A stretch of DNA of 64,000 nt from Gammaproteobacteria bacterium (GTDB taxonomy: Bacteria; Pseudomonadota; Gammaproteobacteria; Ga0077554; Ga007554), in contig JAKFXX010000026.1 in the NCBI GenBank assembly GCA_021731145.1, forward strand, positions 11,196 through 75,195, written 5' to 3'. Shown here one piece after another: positions 53,855 to 63,237 of this stretch (within the stretch, counting starts at the first letter, position 1; each line of letters starts with the position of its first letter). The notes beneath the pieces were generated by a model. It saw only the letters and a program-made list of their open reading frames with translations, was not told where the DNA came from and searched no databases. The translations under genes were made by a program, and so were the position numbers.

Positions 53855-54070
53855 AAAAAAGGGCGGCAGATAAACCCCACGCTTATCTGCCGCCCCTCTG
53901 TCCTGTGTACCTGAGAGCTTGAGCCCCTTCGGCGGGCCTGTCCGGGCATGCCGGCGACCACTCTCCAGAGTCAACCCTCTCCCCCGGTCCTTTTGCCTGA
54001 GCGATTCCGGGCGGTTTGCGCCTTCGGCGTCCCGCATCTTAAAATGAGCGCGGGATCTCTTCCAGGGGAG
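53855..54070 (-). ncRNA. Tandem glycine riboswitch (two aptamers plus an intrinsic-terminator expression platform) upstream of lipA-gcvTH...
   Basis: Minus-strand reading shows aptamer 1 (GGAAGAG...ACGCCGAAGGCGCAA...CUCAGGCAAAAGGAC) and aptamer 2 (GGGGAGAGGGUUGACUCUGGAGAGU...GCCGAAGGGGCUCAAG...CUCAGGUACACAGGACAG). A terminator GGGCGGCAGAUAA-loop-UUAUCUGCCGCCC and U7 follow, about 25 nt before the lipA ribosome-binding site. Confidence 0.8.
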
Positions 54071-54212
54071 GGATGTTGAAGCGATAATATACTATGACTG
54101 TGCCAGCGACGCCAGAGCGACGCAACATTTGGGGCCAGAACATAAGTAGTATTAAATATGCTATAACCACTACTACACAACACCTATCAAACAGGCCGCC
54201 AAGGTTACCCGA

Positions 54213-56750
54213 ATGCGCTTTGACACTATCTTCGAGCACGCCCCGTTCAGCATCCAGGTGTTCTCACCGGATGGCGAGACCATCCTCGCCAATCGCGCCT
54301 GGATGGAGCTATGGCACATCTCACTGGAAAGAATAAAGGGTTACAACATCCTGCGTGACCCGCAACTGGTCGAAAAGGGGGTGATGCCCTATATCCAGAG
54401 GGCTTTTTCGGGGGATGCCACCGTGATTCCCGCTATCTGGTATGACGCCGAGAGGGTTGATCCTAACTGCGTACCACCACGCTGGGTACGCGCGTTCATG
54501 TATCCCATCAAGGACGGCGCGCGGATCACCGAGGTGGTCATCATGCACGAGGACCTTACCGCTCAAAAGCTCGCCGAAGATGAATTGCTCAAAACACGCG
54601 ATGAGCTGGAACAAAGGGTACATGAGCGTACCATCGAGCTCGAAAAGGCCAATGCCGCGTTGCGGGCGGAAATCGCGGAGCGGAAATTGGTCGAAGGTGC
54701 ACTGTTTACAAGCGAAGAGCGCCTGGCACATTTTTTCACGGCCTCTTACGAGGGATTGCTGTTCCACGATAATGGCGTCATTCTCGACATTAACCCTGCC
54801 ATCACCGAGCTCCTCGGCTCTCCTCCGGAACAAATCATCGGCAAGCACATCCTGGAACTTGTCGCGCCGGAGTCCCTCAAAAAGGTGGTTGCCAACATGC
54901 AGGCCGGAGAGGAAGGGCCCTATGAGGTGATCGTCCAGAGAAGTGACGGCTCGACTATCCCCGCAGAAGTGCGCGCTAAAAATGTCGAATACCAGAGCCG
55001 CACGATCCGGGTAGTGGCTGCACAGGACATCCGGGAACGCAAAAAAGCCGAAGAAAAACTGCGTCAAGCCGCCACGGTTTTCGACAACACCAGCGAAGCC
55101 ATTGTCATTACCGACGCCGAACACGGTATCGTTGCCGTCAACCGGGCTTTCAGTGAAATCACCGGTCATGAGGCGCCCGAGGTGCTGGGCAAAACACCGC
55201 GCGTCTATCAATCAGGCAGGCGTAACAAGGCCGTGCTCGCCGATCTGCAAAGTTCGCTGCAAACCCACAGCCAGTGGCGGGGTGAAATCTGGAACCGGCG
55301 CAAGAACGGCGACGTCTACCCTGCCTGGGAATGCGTGACGGAAATAAAGGATGAACATGGCCGTGTTACCAACACCGTGAGGGTGTTTTCGGACATAAGC
55401 GCCATGAAAGAGTCGGAAAAAAGACTCCATTACCTTGCCCACCACGACGCGCTTACTGGCCTTCCCAATCGCCTGCTGTTCCAGGAAACCCTCAATCAAG
55501 CGTTACGCCGCGCCAAGCGGCACAAGCAGCGCGTCGCGCTGCTGTTTCTGGACCTGGATCGATTCAAGATCATCAACGACACCCTGGGGCATGCCTGCGG
55601 CGACCGGCTGTTGCAAGAAACCGCCTTGCGCTTGCGCAAGGCGGTGCGGGCCGAAGACATGGTGGCACGGCTGGGAGGCGATGAATTCACCATTATCCTG
55701 TCTGATATTGCTCACCCCGAGGACGCGGCGATACTCGCCAAGAAACTCATCAACGCCGTCGCCGAACCAATCGTTACCGACGGACACGAGATCACCACAT
55801 CCACCAGCATGGGCATCAGCATCTATCCCGACGACGCCGAAGACAGCGAAGGCCTTGCCAAAGCGGCCGATGCGGCCATGTACCGCGCCAAGGAGCATGG
55901 CAGGCACAATTATCAGTTCTACGCAGCAGAACTGACCACGAAGGCTTTCGAACACCTCTCCCTTGAGCAGGGTTTGCGGCAGGCCCTGGCCCGGGACGAG
56001 TTCATTTTGCACTATCAACCGCAATTTACGCTCAAGGACAACCGCCTCTATGGCGTAGAGGCCTTGATTCGCTGGCAGCATCCCACGCTCGGACTGGTGA
56101 CGCCAAGCAAATTCATGCCCGTAGCCGAGGAAACCGGACTCATTGAACCCATCGGCGAGTGGGTGCTACGCACCGCCTGCAATGACGCCAAGACCTGGCA
56201 CGAGGCTGGCCTGCCGTGGGTACGGATCGCGGTCAATATCGCGGGGCGACAAATCCTGCGCGGCAATATCCTGAACACACTGCGTACCATCCAGGAGGAA
56301 GCCGGATTGCGCCCCGGCGAGTTGCAGCTTGAACTGGAAATTACCGAGAGCGATCTTGAGGTCGCGGAGCACAGCATCGAGTTGCTAAGAAGCCTTAAAT
56401 CGCTGGGCGTGACGCTCGCCATTGACGACTTCGGCACAGGTTACTCCTCCCTGAGCCGCCTGAAACACCTGCCGATCGATACCCTCAAGATCGACCGTTC
56501 GTTTGTACAGGATATCCCTCACGACGCGGATGATGTCGCCATCACCAACGCGATTATCGCCATGGCCCACAGCCTGAAATTGAGCGTCATTGCCGAGGGC
56601 GTGGAAACCGCTGAGCAGCTCGCATTCCTGCGGGCGCAGCGGTGCGATATCGTGCAGGGATATTTCTTCAACAAACCGATGCCTGCCGACGAAATACTGA
56701 CACTGCTATCGAATCCGGCTTCTGCCCGGGAAGGTCTTGGATGGCCATGA
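54213..56750 (+). CDS. Signalling protein with three PAS domains, a GGDEF domain (RLGGDEF) and an EAL domain (EALIRW; DDFGTGYSS)
   Basis: Domain motifs read directly; 845 aa, no TM segment. Confidence 0.85.
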   Translation: MRFDTIFEHAPFSIQVFSPDGETILANRAWMELWHISLERIKGYNILRDPQLVEKGVMPYIQRAFSGDATVIPAIWYDAERVDPNCVPPRWVRAFMYPIKDGARITEVVIMHEDLTAQKLAEDELLKTRDELEQRVHERTIELEKANAALRAEIAERKLVEGALFTSEERLAHFFTASYEGLLFHDNGVILDINPAITELLGSPPEQIIGKHILELVAPESLKKVVANMQAGEEGPYEVIVQRSDGSTIPAEVRAKNVEYQSRTIRVVAAQDIRERKKAEEKLRQAATVFDNTSEAIVITDAEHGIVAVNRAFSEITGHEAPEVLGKTPRVYQSGRRNKAVLADLQSSLQTHSQWRGEIWNRRKNGDVYPAWECVTEIKDEHGRVTNTVRVFSDISAMKESEKRLHYLAHHDALTGLPNRLLFQETLNQALRRAKRHKQRVALLFLDLDRFKIINDTLGHACGDRLLQETALRLRKAVRAEDMVARLGGDEFTIILSDIAHPEDAAILAKKLINAVAEPIVTDGHEITTSTSMGISIYPDDAEDSEGLAKAADAAMYRAKEHGRHNYQFYAAELTTKAFEHLSLEQGLRQALARDEFILHYQPQFTLKDNRLYGVEALIRWQHPTLGLVTPSKFMPVAEETGLIEPIGEWVLRTACNDAKTWHEAGLPWVRIAVNIAGRQILRGNILNTLRTIQEEAGLRPGELQLELEITESDLEVAEHSIELLRSLKSLGVTLAIDDFGTGYSSLSRLKHLPIDTLKIDRSFVQDIPHDADDVAITNAIIAMAHSLKLSVIAEGVETAEQLAFLRAQRCDIVQGYFFNKPMPADEILTLLSNPASAREGLGWP

Positions 56751-56925
56751 ACGTCGTGAGCCTTCACCCTATAAACGGCAGTTGAACCGCAGAGGACGCA
56801 GAGAACACAAAGAAATTCGGACGATTAGCGTAATGCACACCCAATCGGGTGACTCGGTACACAAGCCAAGATCTTGTTTTTCCTCTGTGTGCCCCGCGTC
56901 CTCTGCGGTGAATTGCTGTTTTAGT

Positions 56926-58542
56926 TCACCTCGCCGAACGCCTCACCAGCAAAATCACCGGGATCAACCCCACCAGCACCAGCGTCAGCGCAGGCAAGGC
57001 GGCGGCTTCCCATTCGCCCTCCGAGGTCATCTCGAAGATGCGGATCGCCAGCGTGTCCCAATCGAACGGGCGCAGCAGCAGGGTAGCGGGCAACTCTTTC
57101 ATCACATCCACGAACACCAGCAGCGCGGCGGTGAGCAGACCAGGGCGCAGCATGGGGAGGTAGATGCGCCACAATATCTCGCGGTTACCCGCCCCCAGGC
57201 TACGGGCGGCCTGCTGGATGGAGGGGGTAATGCGCTCCAGCCCGCTCTCCACCGGACCATGCGCCACGGCGAGGAAACGCACCAGATAAGCAAACAACAG
57301 GGCGATGACGCTGCCGCTGAGCAGCAACCCGGTTGAGACGCCAAACCAGCGCTGCGCCAGCACATCAACACCCTGATCCGTCCAGGTGAAAAACAACATG
57401 ATGCCCACCGCCAGCACCGAGCCTGGCATGGCGTAACCGAGTGTCGCCATGCGTACCGCCAGCCCGGTCATCTTGCCCGGCCAGAGCTTGTTTACATAGC
57501 CAAGCAGCAGCGCGCCGCTTACCGTGAGTAGCGCGGCGAGCACACCCAGCATCACGGTATGGGTTACAAACTCCCAATAGCGCTCATCCAGATCGGCAAG
57601 CGCCGTGCCGGACGCCCAGATCGCCAGTTGCGCCACCGGGATCAAAAAGGCCAGCGCCAGCACCAGCGCGGCCGCCGCCGTGGCAGACCACGCGCTCAGG
57701 CCTTTCAGCTTATAGCGGAATTCGGAGGCGCGCCTGCCGCTGCTGTAAAAACGCGCCCGGCCCCGCCAGCGCCGCTCGCCATACAGCGCAAGGGCGACAA
57801 ACAGCAGCAGCAGGGTAGAAAGCTGCGCTGCGGCGTGGATGTTGAATAAACCGAACCAGGCCTTGTAGATGGCAGTGGTGAAGGTATCGTAATTGAAGAT
57901 CGCTACCGCGCCAAAATCCGCCAGCGCCTCCATCAAGGCCAAGGCAACGCCCGCAGCTATCGCCGGACGCGCCATGGGCAGGCAGATGCGCAAGAACACC
58001 TGCCACGGCGCAAGGCCGAGGATGCGCCCGCTCTCCAGCATGTTGCGCCCCTGGCCGAGAAAGGCCGCGCGCGCCAGCATGTACACATAGGGATACAGCG
58101 CCAGCGCCAGCACCGCGATAACCCCGCCCTCGGAGCGGATCGGCGGAAACCAGACATTATCCGGCCCAAGCAATTCTCGCAGGCCACTCTGCACCGGTCC
58201 GCTGAAATCCAGCAGGCCCACCGCAACAAACGCCAGCACGTAGGTGGGAATACCCAGTGGCAGCATCAGCGCCCAGTCGAAGACGCGGCGCCCCGGAAAC
58301 TCGCACATTGCCGTCAGCCATGCCAAGCCCACGCCGAGCAGCAGCACACCAAAACCGACACCGATGACCAGTACGGCGGTGTTGCGCAGCAGCTCACCCA
58401 GCACCGTATCGGCCAGGTGCCGCCACACCTCGCCTTCCGCTACCAGCCAGGCGGGCAACAGCGTCAGGAGGGGGATTGTTACCAGCAATGCGACGGTCAG
58501 GCTGGCCAGCCGCCACCCGCCGCCGCTGGCGGCAAAGTTCAC
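56926..58542 (-). CDS. fbpB: Iron(III) ABC transporter permease (FbpB/HitB-like, duplicated 6+6 TM)
   Basis: A 538-aa fused permease with two EAA-like loops (MEALADFGAV / MKELPATLLLRPF). Confidence 0.75.
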   Translation of the reverse strand: MNFAASGGGWRLASLTVALLVTIPLLTLLPAWLVAEGEVWRHLADTVLGELLRNTAVLVIGVGFGVLLLGVGLAWLTAMCEFPGRRVFDWALMLPLGIPTYVLAFVAVGLLDFSGPVQSGLRELLGPDNVWFPPIRSEGGVIAVLALALYPYVYMLARAAFLGQGRNMLESGRILGLAPWQVFLRICLPMARPAIAAGVALALMEALADFGAVAIFNYDTFTTAIYKAWFGLFNIHAAAQLSTLLLLFVALALYGERRWRGRARFYSSGRRASEFRYKLKGLSAWSATAAAALVLALAFLIPVAQLAIWASGTALADLDERYWEFVTHTVMLGVLAALLTVSGALLLGYVNKLWPGKMTGLAVRMATLGYAMPGSVLAVGIMLFFTWTDQGVDVLAQRWFGVSTGLLLSGSVIALLFAYLVRFLAVAHGPVESGLERITPSIQQAARSLGAGNREILWRIYLPMLRPGLLTAALLVFVDVMKELPATLLLRPFDWDTLAIRIFEMTSEGEWEAAALPALTLVLVGLIPVILLVRRSAR

Positions 58543-58555
58543 GGGTACTCCGCCG

Positions 58556-59563
58556 TCATTTATACCCGGCCCGGTCCATCAACATCACTGCTTTGGCCTG
58601 CAACTTGCCGGCTTCTGCGACGCTAATGCTGTCCTGCTTGAAGCTGCCCCAGGCTGCGACGAGCGGATCAGGCTTGACCTTGGGGTTCACCGGGAACTCC
58701 AGGTTGGCGTCGGCGAAGAGGTTCTGCGCCTTGGTGGAAGACAGCCACTCCAGGAACTTCACTGCGGCTTCGGGATGCTTGGCATGCTTGGTCACGCCCG
58801 CGCCCGACACGTTGACATGAACACCGCGGTCATTCTGGTTGGGCCAGAAAATACCCATTGGCGCCTTGGGATTCTTGCGTATAAGACGGCCATAGTAATA
58901 ACTGTTGACGATGCCCACATCGCACTGCCCCGCCGCCATGGCATCCAGCAGGTTCTCATCGTCCGAGAAGGGCGGGGTCGCCAGGTTTTTCACCCACGAC
59001 TTCACGATCTCTTCGCTCTTCGCCTCGCCCAGCTCAGCGATCATCATTGCCACCAGCGACTGGTTATAGACCTTCTTGGAGCTGCGCAGACACAACCGGC
59101 CCTTCCATTTGGCATCACCCAGCGCCTCGTAGGTGGACAGATCACCCGGTTTGACCTTCCTGGTGTTATAAATAATCGTGCGGGCGCGCACCGACAGGCC
59201 ATACCACTGACCGTCCGGATCACGCAGATGCGCAGGGATATTGTCGTTGAGAACTTTCGAGTCCACCTTCGCCAGCAGCCCGCTTTGCTCCGCTTGCCAC
59301 AGATTGCCCGCGTCCACCGTGATCAACAAATCCGCAGGCGTCTTCGCCCCTTCGGCCTTGAGACGCTCCAGCAGCGGACCTTCCTTGCCCGTCAACAGCT
59401 TGATATGCGTGCCCGTTTCTTTTTCATAGGCGTTCACCAGCGGTTTGACCAATTTCTCAATACGTGCGGAATACACCACCAGCTCCTCCGCAGCCTGTGC
59501 GACCGGCTGGAAGGCGAATATTGCGAACGCAACGAAAGGGGCGGCGCGTTTGGTGAGTGGCAT
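58556..59563 (-). CDS. fbpA: Iron(III) ABC transporter periplasmic binding protein (FbpA-like)
   Basis: Signal peptide, 335 aa, ferric-binding-protein fold. Confidence 0.75.
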   Translation of the reverse strand: MPLTKRAAPFVAFAIFAFQPVAQAAEELVVYSARIEKLVKPLVNAYEKETGTHIKLLTGKEGPLLERLKAEGAKTPADLLITVDAGNLWQAEQSGLLAKVDSKVLNDNIPAHLRDPDGQWYGLSVRARTIIYNTRKVKPGDLSTYEALGDAKWKGRLCLRSSKKVYNQSLVAMMIAELGEAKSEEIVKSWVKNLATPPFSDDENLLDAMAAGQCDVGIVNSYYYGRLIRKNPKAPMGIFWPNQNDRGVHVNVSGAGVTKHAKHPEAAVKFLEWLSSTKAQNLFADANLEFPVNPKVKPDPLVAAWGSFKQDSISVAEAGKLQAKAVMLMDRAGYK

Positions 59564-59614
59564 GTTTGTCTCCGGGATATTCCCTTGTCTGGGGTAGGGG
59601 GTTCATTTTGAAGT

Positions 59615-59640
59615 TAATGGTAATGATTATCATTAGTAAA
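59615..59640. promoter_or_regulatory. Fur box upstream of fbpA (divergent from the Ig-like lipoprotein gene)
   Basis: The minus-strand reading TAATGATAATCATTA matches the GATAATGATAATCATTATC consensus at 15 of 15 aligned positions. Confidence 0.7.
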
Positions 59641-59791
59641 TGCAACTGCCTTTGCCCTCCCTCGTCATCCTCCTAAAGATACACGCCCCTGCCGATACTC
59701 CTTTCGCACGACCACAACGCAAAGGAAGGCCTTTACCGCTCCGGGCTGCCGTGGTCACCGCCGCAAGAATATGAATGGAGAAATAGAAGTC

Positions 59792-61414
59792 ATGCACAAT
59801 ACCGTGAAGAAACTGTGGGCCTTGTTGCTGGTCGCCGCGCTGGCGGGGTGTGGCGGAGGGGATAATGCGTTCAAGGGTCCCGGCACATCCACGGGGACGG
59901 TACCAATTACTAGCACTCCGACAGTTCAGATGTCCCTGGCAGTGGGTGTAACGACGCTTTCTGCCGGGGGTAGCACGGGCATTACCGCCAAACTGTCAGA
60001 TGCTAACACGGGCGCGCCTTATACTACCGAAATTGATGTCACTTTCACCTCGGTCTGCGCGGGGACGCAGGGCGCCACGCTGATTTCACCCGTCAAATCT
60101 GCGAATGGTACTGCCATAAGCACCTATGTCGCCAAGGGAGGATGTGAAAGCAGCGACACCATTACTGCGACGGCCACGGCACCCAACGGGACGATCACCG
60201 CCAGCGCCACCATTAATGTATTGCCTGCCGTGTTGGGCTCCATCCAATTCGTATCCGCTATACCCTCCAGTATTGCATTGAAAGGAACGGGTGGTGCGGG
60301 ATTGTCTGAAACTTCCATCATCGCATTCAAAGTGTTAAATTCGGTTGGGGGGGTAGTGCCGAACAAGGATGTGATTTTTTCCCTGGATACCGATGTGGGC
60401 GGGTTGAGCCTTTCCCCGCTCACAGCCAAAACCGACGCCAACGGTCAGGCTCAGACCATTGTGCAGGCTGGCACCATCCCTACACCTGTGCGCGTGACAG
60501 CAACCATCATCGGCTCCTCCCCTGTCATCAGTACGCAGTCGGATCAGTTGGCGATTACCACCGGCATACCGGATCAGGATAGCATTTCACTTAGCGCGGA
60601 AACCCTGAACCCGGAGGCCTGGCATGTCGATGGAGTAACGGTAAAAATAACCGCCCGATTTGCCGATCGATTTAACAACCCGGTGCCGGATGGAACCGCC
60701 GTCACCTTCACGACCGAGGGCGGATCAATAGGTGGGTCGTGTAATACTGTGAAGGGCGCCTGTTCGGTGGATTGGGTGAGCCAAGAGCCGCGCCCTTCCG
60801 ATGGCCGGGTGACAATCTTGGCAACAGCCATCGGCGAAGAAAGCTTTGGGGATGCCAACAGCGACGGCAAGTTTGGCAATGGCGACAGCTTCCCGGCCTC
60901 TAACGACCTACCGGAAGCGTTTCGTGATGACAACGAAAATGGTCTGCGGGATGCCACCGAGTTCTCTGTGGATTTCAACCGTAACGGTATCTATGATGCC
61001 AAGGATGGCAAATTCAACGGTATCCTGTGCGAACACAGCACGTTGTGCGGTTCGACAAAAACACTAAATGTGCGCGACTCTACGGTGCTGGTGATGGCGG
61101 ATTCGTTTGCAAAAATCGTTATCAATCCCGGCGGCATCGACGTCTCAGGCGGGCCGCAGACAGTGATGATTACAGTAGGGGATTTTGCGCATAACCAACC
61201 CATGCCGAAAGGCACGACCATCAATATCGCTACGGATAACGGCAAGTTGTCAGGGCCAACAAGCTACACCGTGGGAAACACCAGCTTCAATGGGCCGCTG
61301 GTCTACGAGATAAATGTTGCCACTGACGGAACATCGAGTAGTGGTACGCTGACGGTAACGGCGACAGCACCGGGCGGCGACACAAGTTATGCAACGATAA
61401 GCGTCCAAGACTGA
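59792..61414 (+). CDS. Lipoprotein with tandem bacterial Ig-like (Big_1/invasin-like) domains
   Basis: Lipobox LAGCGGG; repeated Thr/Ala/Val/Gly-rich beta-strand motifs (ITATATAPNGTITASATINV; VRVTATIIGSSPVIS; LTVTATAPGGDTSYATISV) and a central Asp/Asn-rich segment. Good ribosome-binding site (ggag) upstream. Confidence 0.7.
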   Translation: MHNTVKKLWALLLVAALAGCGGGDNAFKGPGTSTGTVPITSTPTVQMSLAVGVTTLSAGGSTGITAKLSDANTGAPYTTEIDVTFTSVCAGTQGATLISPVKSANGTAISTYVAKGGCESSDTITATATAPNGTITASATINVLPAVLGSIQFVSAIPSSIALKGTGGAGLSETSIIAFKVLNSVGGVVPNKDVIFSLDTDVGGLSLSPLTAKTDANGQAQTIVQAGTIPTPVRVTATIIGSSPVISTQSDQLAITTGIPDQDSISLSAETLNPEAWHVDGVTVKITARFADRFNNPVPDGTAVTFTTEGGSIGGSCNTVKGACSVDWVSQEPRPSDGRVTILATAIGEESFGDANSDGKFGNGDSFPASNDLPEAFRDDNENGLRDATEFSVDFNRNGIYDAKDGKFNGILCEHSTLCGSTKTLNVRDSTVLVMADSFAKIVINPGGIDVSGGPQTVMITVGDFAHNQPMPKGTTINIATDNGKLSGPTSYTVGNTSFNGPLVYEINVATDGTSSSGTLTVTATAPGGDTSYATISVQD

Positions 61415-61474
61415 GGTTTCCCAGGGGCGGCACTAAAAACCCCAGAGCGCCTTTTCACCCCCACCATCAGCACA

Positions 61475-61508
61475 CCCTAAAACCGGCCATCCCCGCCCGG
61501 TTTTAGGG
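61475..61508 (+). terminator. Hairpin terminator after the Ig-like lipoprotein gene
   Basis: ccctaaaaccgg-ccatccccgc-ccggttttaggg. Confidence 0.5.
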
Positions 61509-61514
61509 TAATAT

Positions 61515-62045
61515 TTGCCCATGGCTAAATCCGACAACATTTTCCTGATCGGCCCGATGGGCGCGGGCAAGACCACCATCGGGCGGCAGATCGCCAAGAA
61601 CCTGGGCGTGGACTTCGTGGACAGCGACCATGAGATTGAGCAGCGCACCGGGGCGAGCATCCCCCTGATCTTTGAAATCGAGGGCGAGGAAGGTTTCCGC
61701 AGGCGCGAGCGGGAGGTGATCGACGACCTGACGCGCCGCAAAGGCATCGTGCTGGCCACCGGCGGGGGTGCCGTGCTGGACCCCGCCAACCGCAATCATC
61801 TGGCCGGGCGCGGCACCGTGATCTATCTGCGTGCCTCGCTGGATCACTTGCTCAAGCGCACCGCGCGGGATCGCAACCGCCCACTGCTGCACACCGAAGA
61901 CCCGCGCGCCCGGCTGGAAGGAATCATAAAAATACGCGACCCCCTCTACCGTGAAATCGCCGATATCATTATCGACACCGACAGCAACACCGTGCGCTCT
62001 ACGGTGCGGATGATTGAAGACCAGCTTCAGACGTCGAGCAATTGA
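61515..62045 (+). CDS. aroK: Shikimate kinase
   Basis: Walker A motif [11 protein letters not shown], about 175 aa. Confidence 0.9.
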   Translation: MPMAKSDNIFLIGPMGAGKTTIGRQIAKNLGVDFVDSDHEIEQRTGASIPLIFEIEGEEGFRRREREVIDDLTRRKGIVLATGGGAVLDPANRNHLAGRGTVIYLRASLDHLLKRTARDRNRPLLHTEDPRARLEGIIKIRDPLYREIADIIIDTDSNTVRSTVRMIEDQLQTSSN

Positions 62046-62076
62046 AGATTACAGTAACCCGCTGGACTCACGCACC

Positions 62077-63159
62077 ATGAAAACATTACACGTTGAACTT
62101 GGGCCACGCAGCTACCCGATCCATATCGGCAGCGGTTTGCTGGGGCGCGCCGATTTATTGAAGCCCTGCATCGCAGGCAAACAGGTAATGGTCGTGACCA
62201 ACGAGACGGTCGCCCCCCTCTATCTGGACAAAACACTCGCCGCTCTGAGCGACTATCAGTGCGAATCGGTGATCCTGCCGGACGGTGAGCAGTATAAGAC
62301 CCTGGACGTGCTGAACCACATTTTCGACGCCTTGCTGCGCAAGCATCTCGATCGCCGTGTCACGCTGGTGGCGCTCGGTGGCGGGGTGATCGGCGACATG
62401 ACGGGCTTTGCCGCCGCCTGTTATCAGCGCGGCGTGGATTTCATCCAGATCCCCACCACGCTGCTATCCCAGGTGGACTCCTCGGTGGGCGGCAAGACCG
62501 GTGTCAACCACCCGCTGGGCAAGAACATGATCGGCGCGTTTCATCAGCCACGTTGCGTGATCGCCGACACCGATACCCTTAACACCTTGCCGGATCGTGA
62601 GCTGAGCGCGGGCCTTGCCGAGGTGATCAAATACGGTCTGATCCGCGACCCGGCCTTTTTCGACTGGCTGGAGATCAACATGGACAAACTGCTGACCCGC
62701 GACACGCAGGCGCTGGTCTATGCCATCGAGCGCTCCTGCACCAACAAGGCCGACGTGGTCGCACTCGATGAACGCGAGGGCGGTGTGCGCGCCACGCTCA
62801 ACCTCGGCCATACCTTCGGCCACGCCATCGAAACCGGCATGGGCTACGGCGTGTGGCTGCACGGCGAGGCGGTTGCGACCGGCATGTGCATGGCGGCAAG
62901 AATGTCTGCACGCCTGGGTTGGCTGGATGATGCCGACGTGACTCGCGCCGAAGCACTGATCAGACAAGCCCGCCTGCCCGTCCGTGCCCCGCGCGCGCTC
63001 GACACCACCCGTTTCATCGAACTGATGGGCGTGGACAAAAAGGTGCAGGACGGCAAAATCCGCCTGGTGCTGCTCAAGGCCATCGGCGAGGCAGTGGTGA
63101 CCGATGATTTCCCGCCCGCCCTGCTGCGCGAAGTGATCGAGGCGTGCACATCAATGTAG
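62077..63159 (+). CDS. aroB: 3-dehydroquinate synthase
   Basis: [14 protein letters not shown] and HTFGHAIE motifs; start trimmed to MKTLHVELG. Confidence 0.9.
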   Translation: MKTLHVELGPRSYPIHIGSGLLGRADLLKPCIAGKQVMVVTNETVAPLYLDKTLAALSDYQCESVILPDGEQYKTLDVLNHIFDALLRKHLDRRVTLVALGGGVIGDMTGFAAACYQRGVDFIQIPTTLLSQVDSSVGGKTGVNHPLGKNMIGAFHQPRCVIADTDTLNTLPDRELSAGLAEVIKYGLIRDPAFFDWLEINMDKLLTRDTQALVYAIERSCTNKADVVALDEREGGVRATLNLGHTFGHAIETGMGYGVWLHGEAVATGMCMAARMSARLGWLDDADVTRAEALIRQARLPVRAPRALDTTRFIELMGVDKKVQDGKIRLVLLKAIGEAVVTDDFPPALLREVIEACTSM

Positions 63160-63237
63160 GGCGGGTTAGCGTATTTTGCGTAACCCGCCAGGTGTGCGAA
63201 GCACACAACATGCTTTTAATGGCCTGAGGATAAACCA

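Noticed and set aside
58244-59611. 455-aa plus-strand ORF antisense to fbpA/fbpB
   Set aside because: Spans two real minus-strand genes and their junction, with low-complexity composition.
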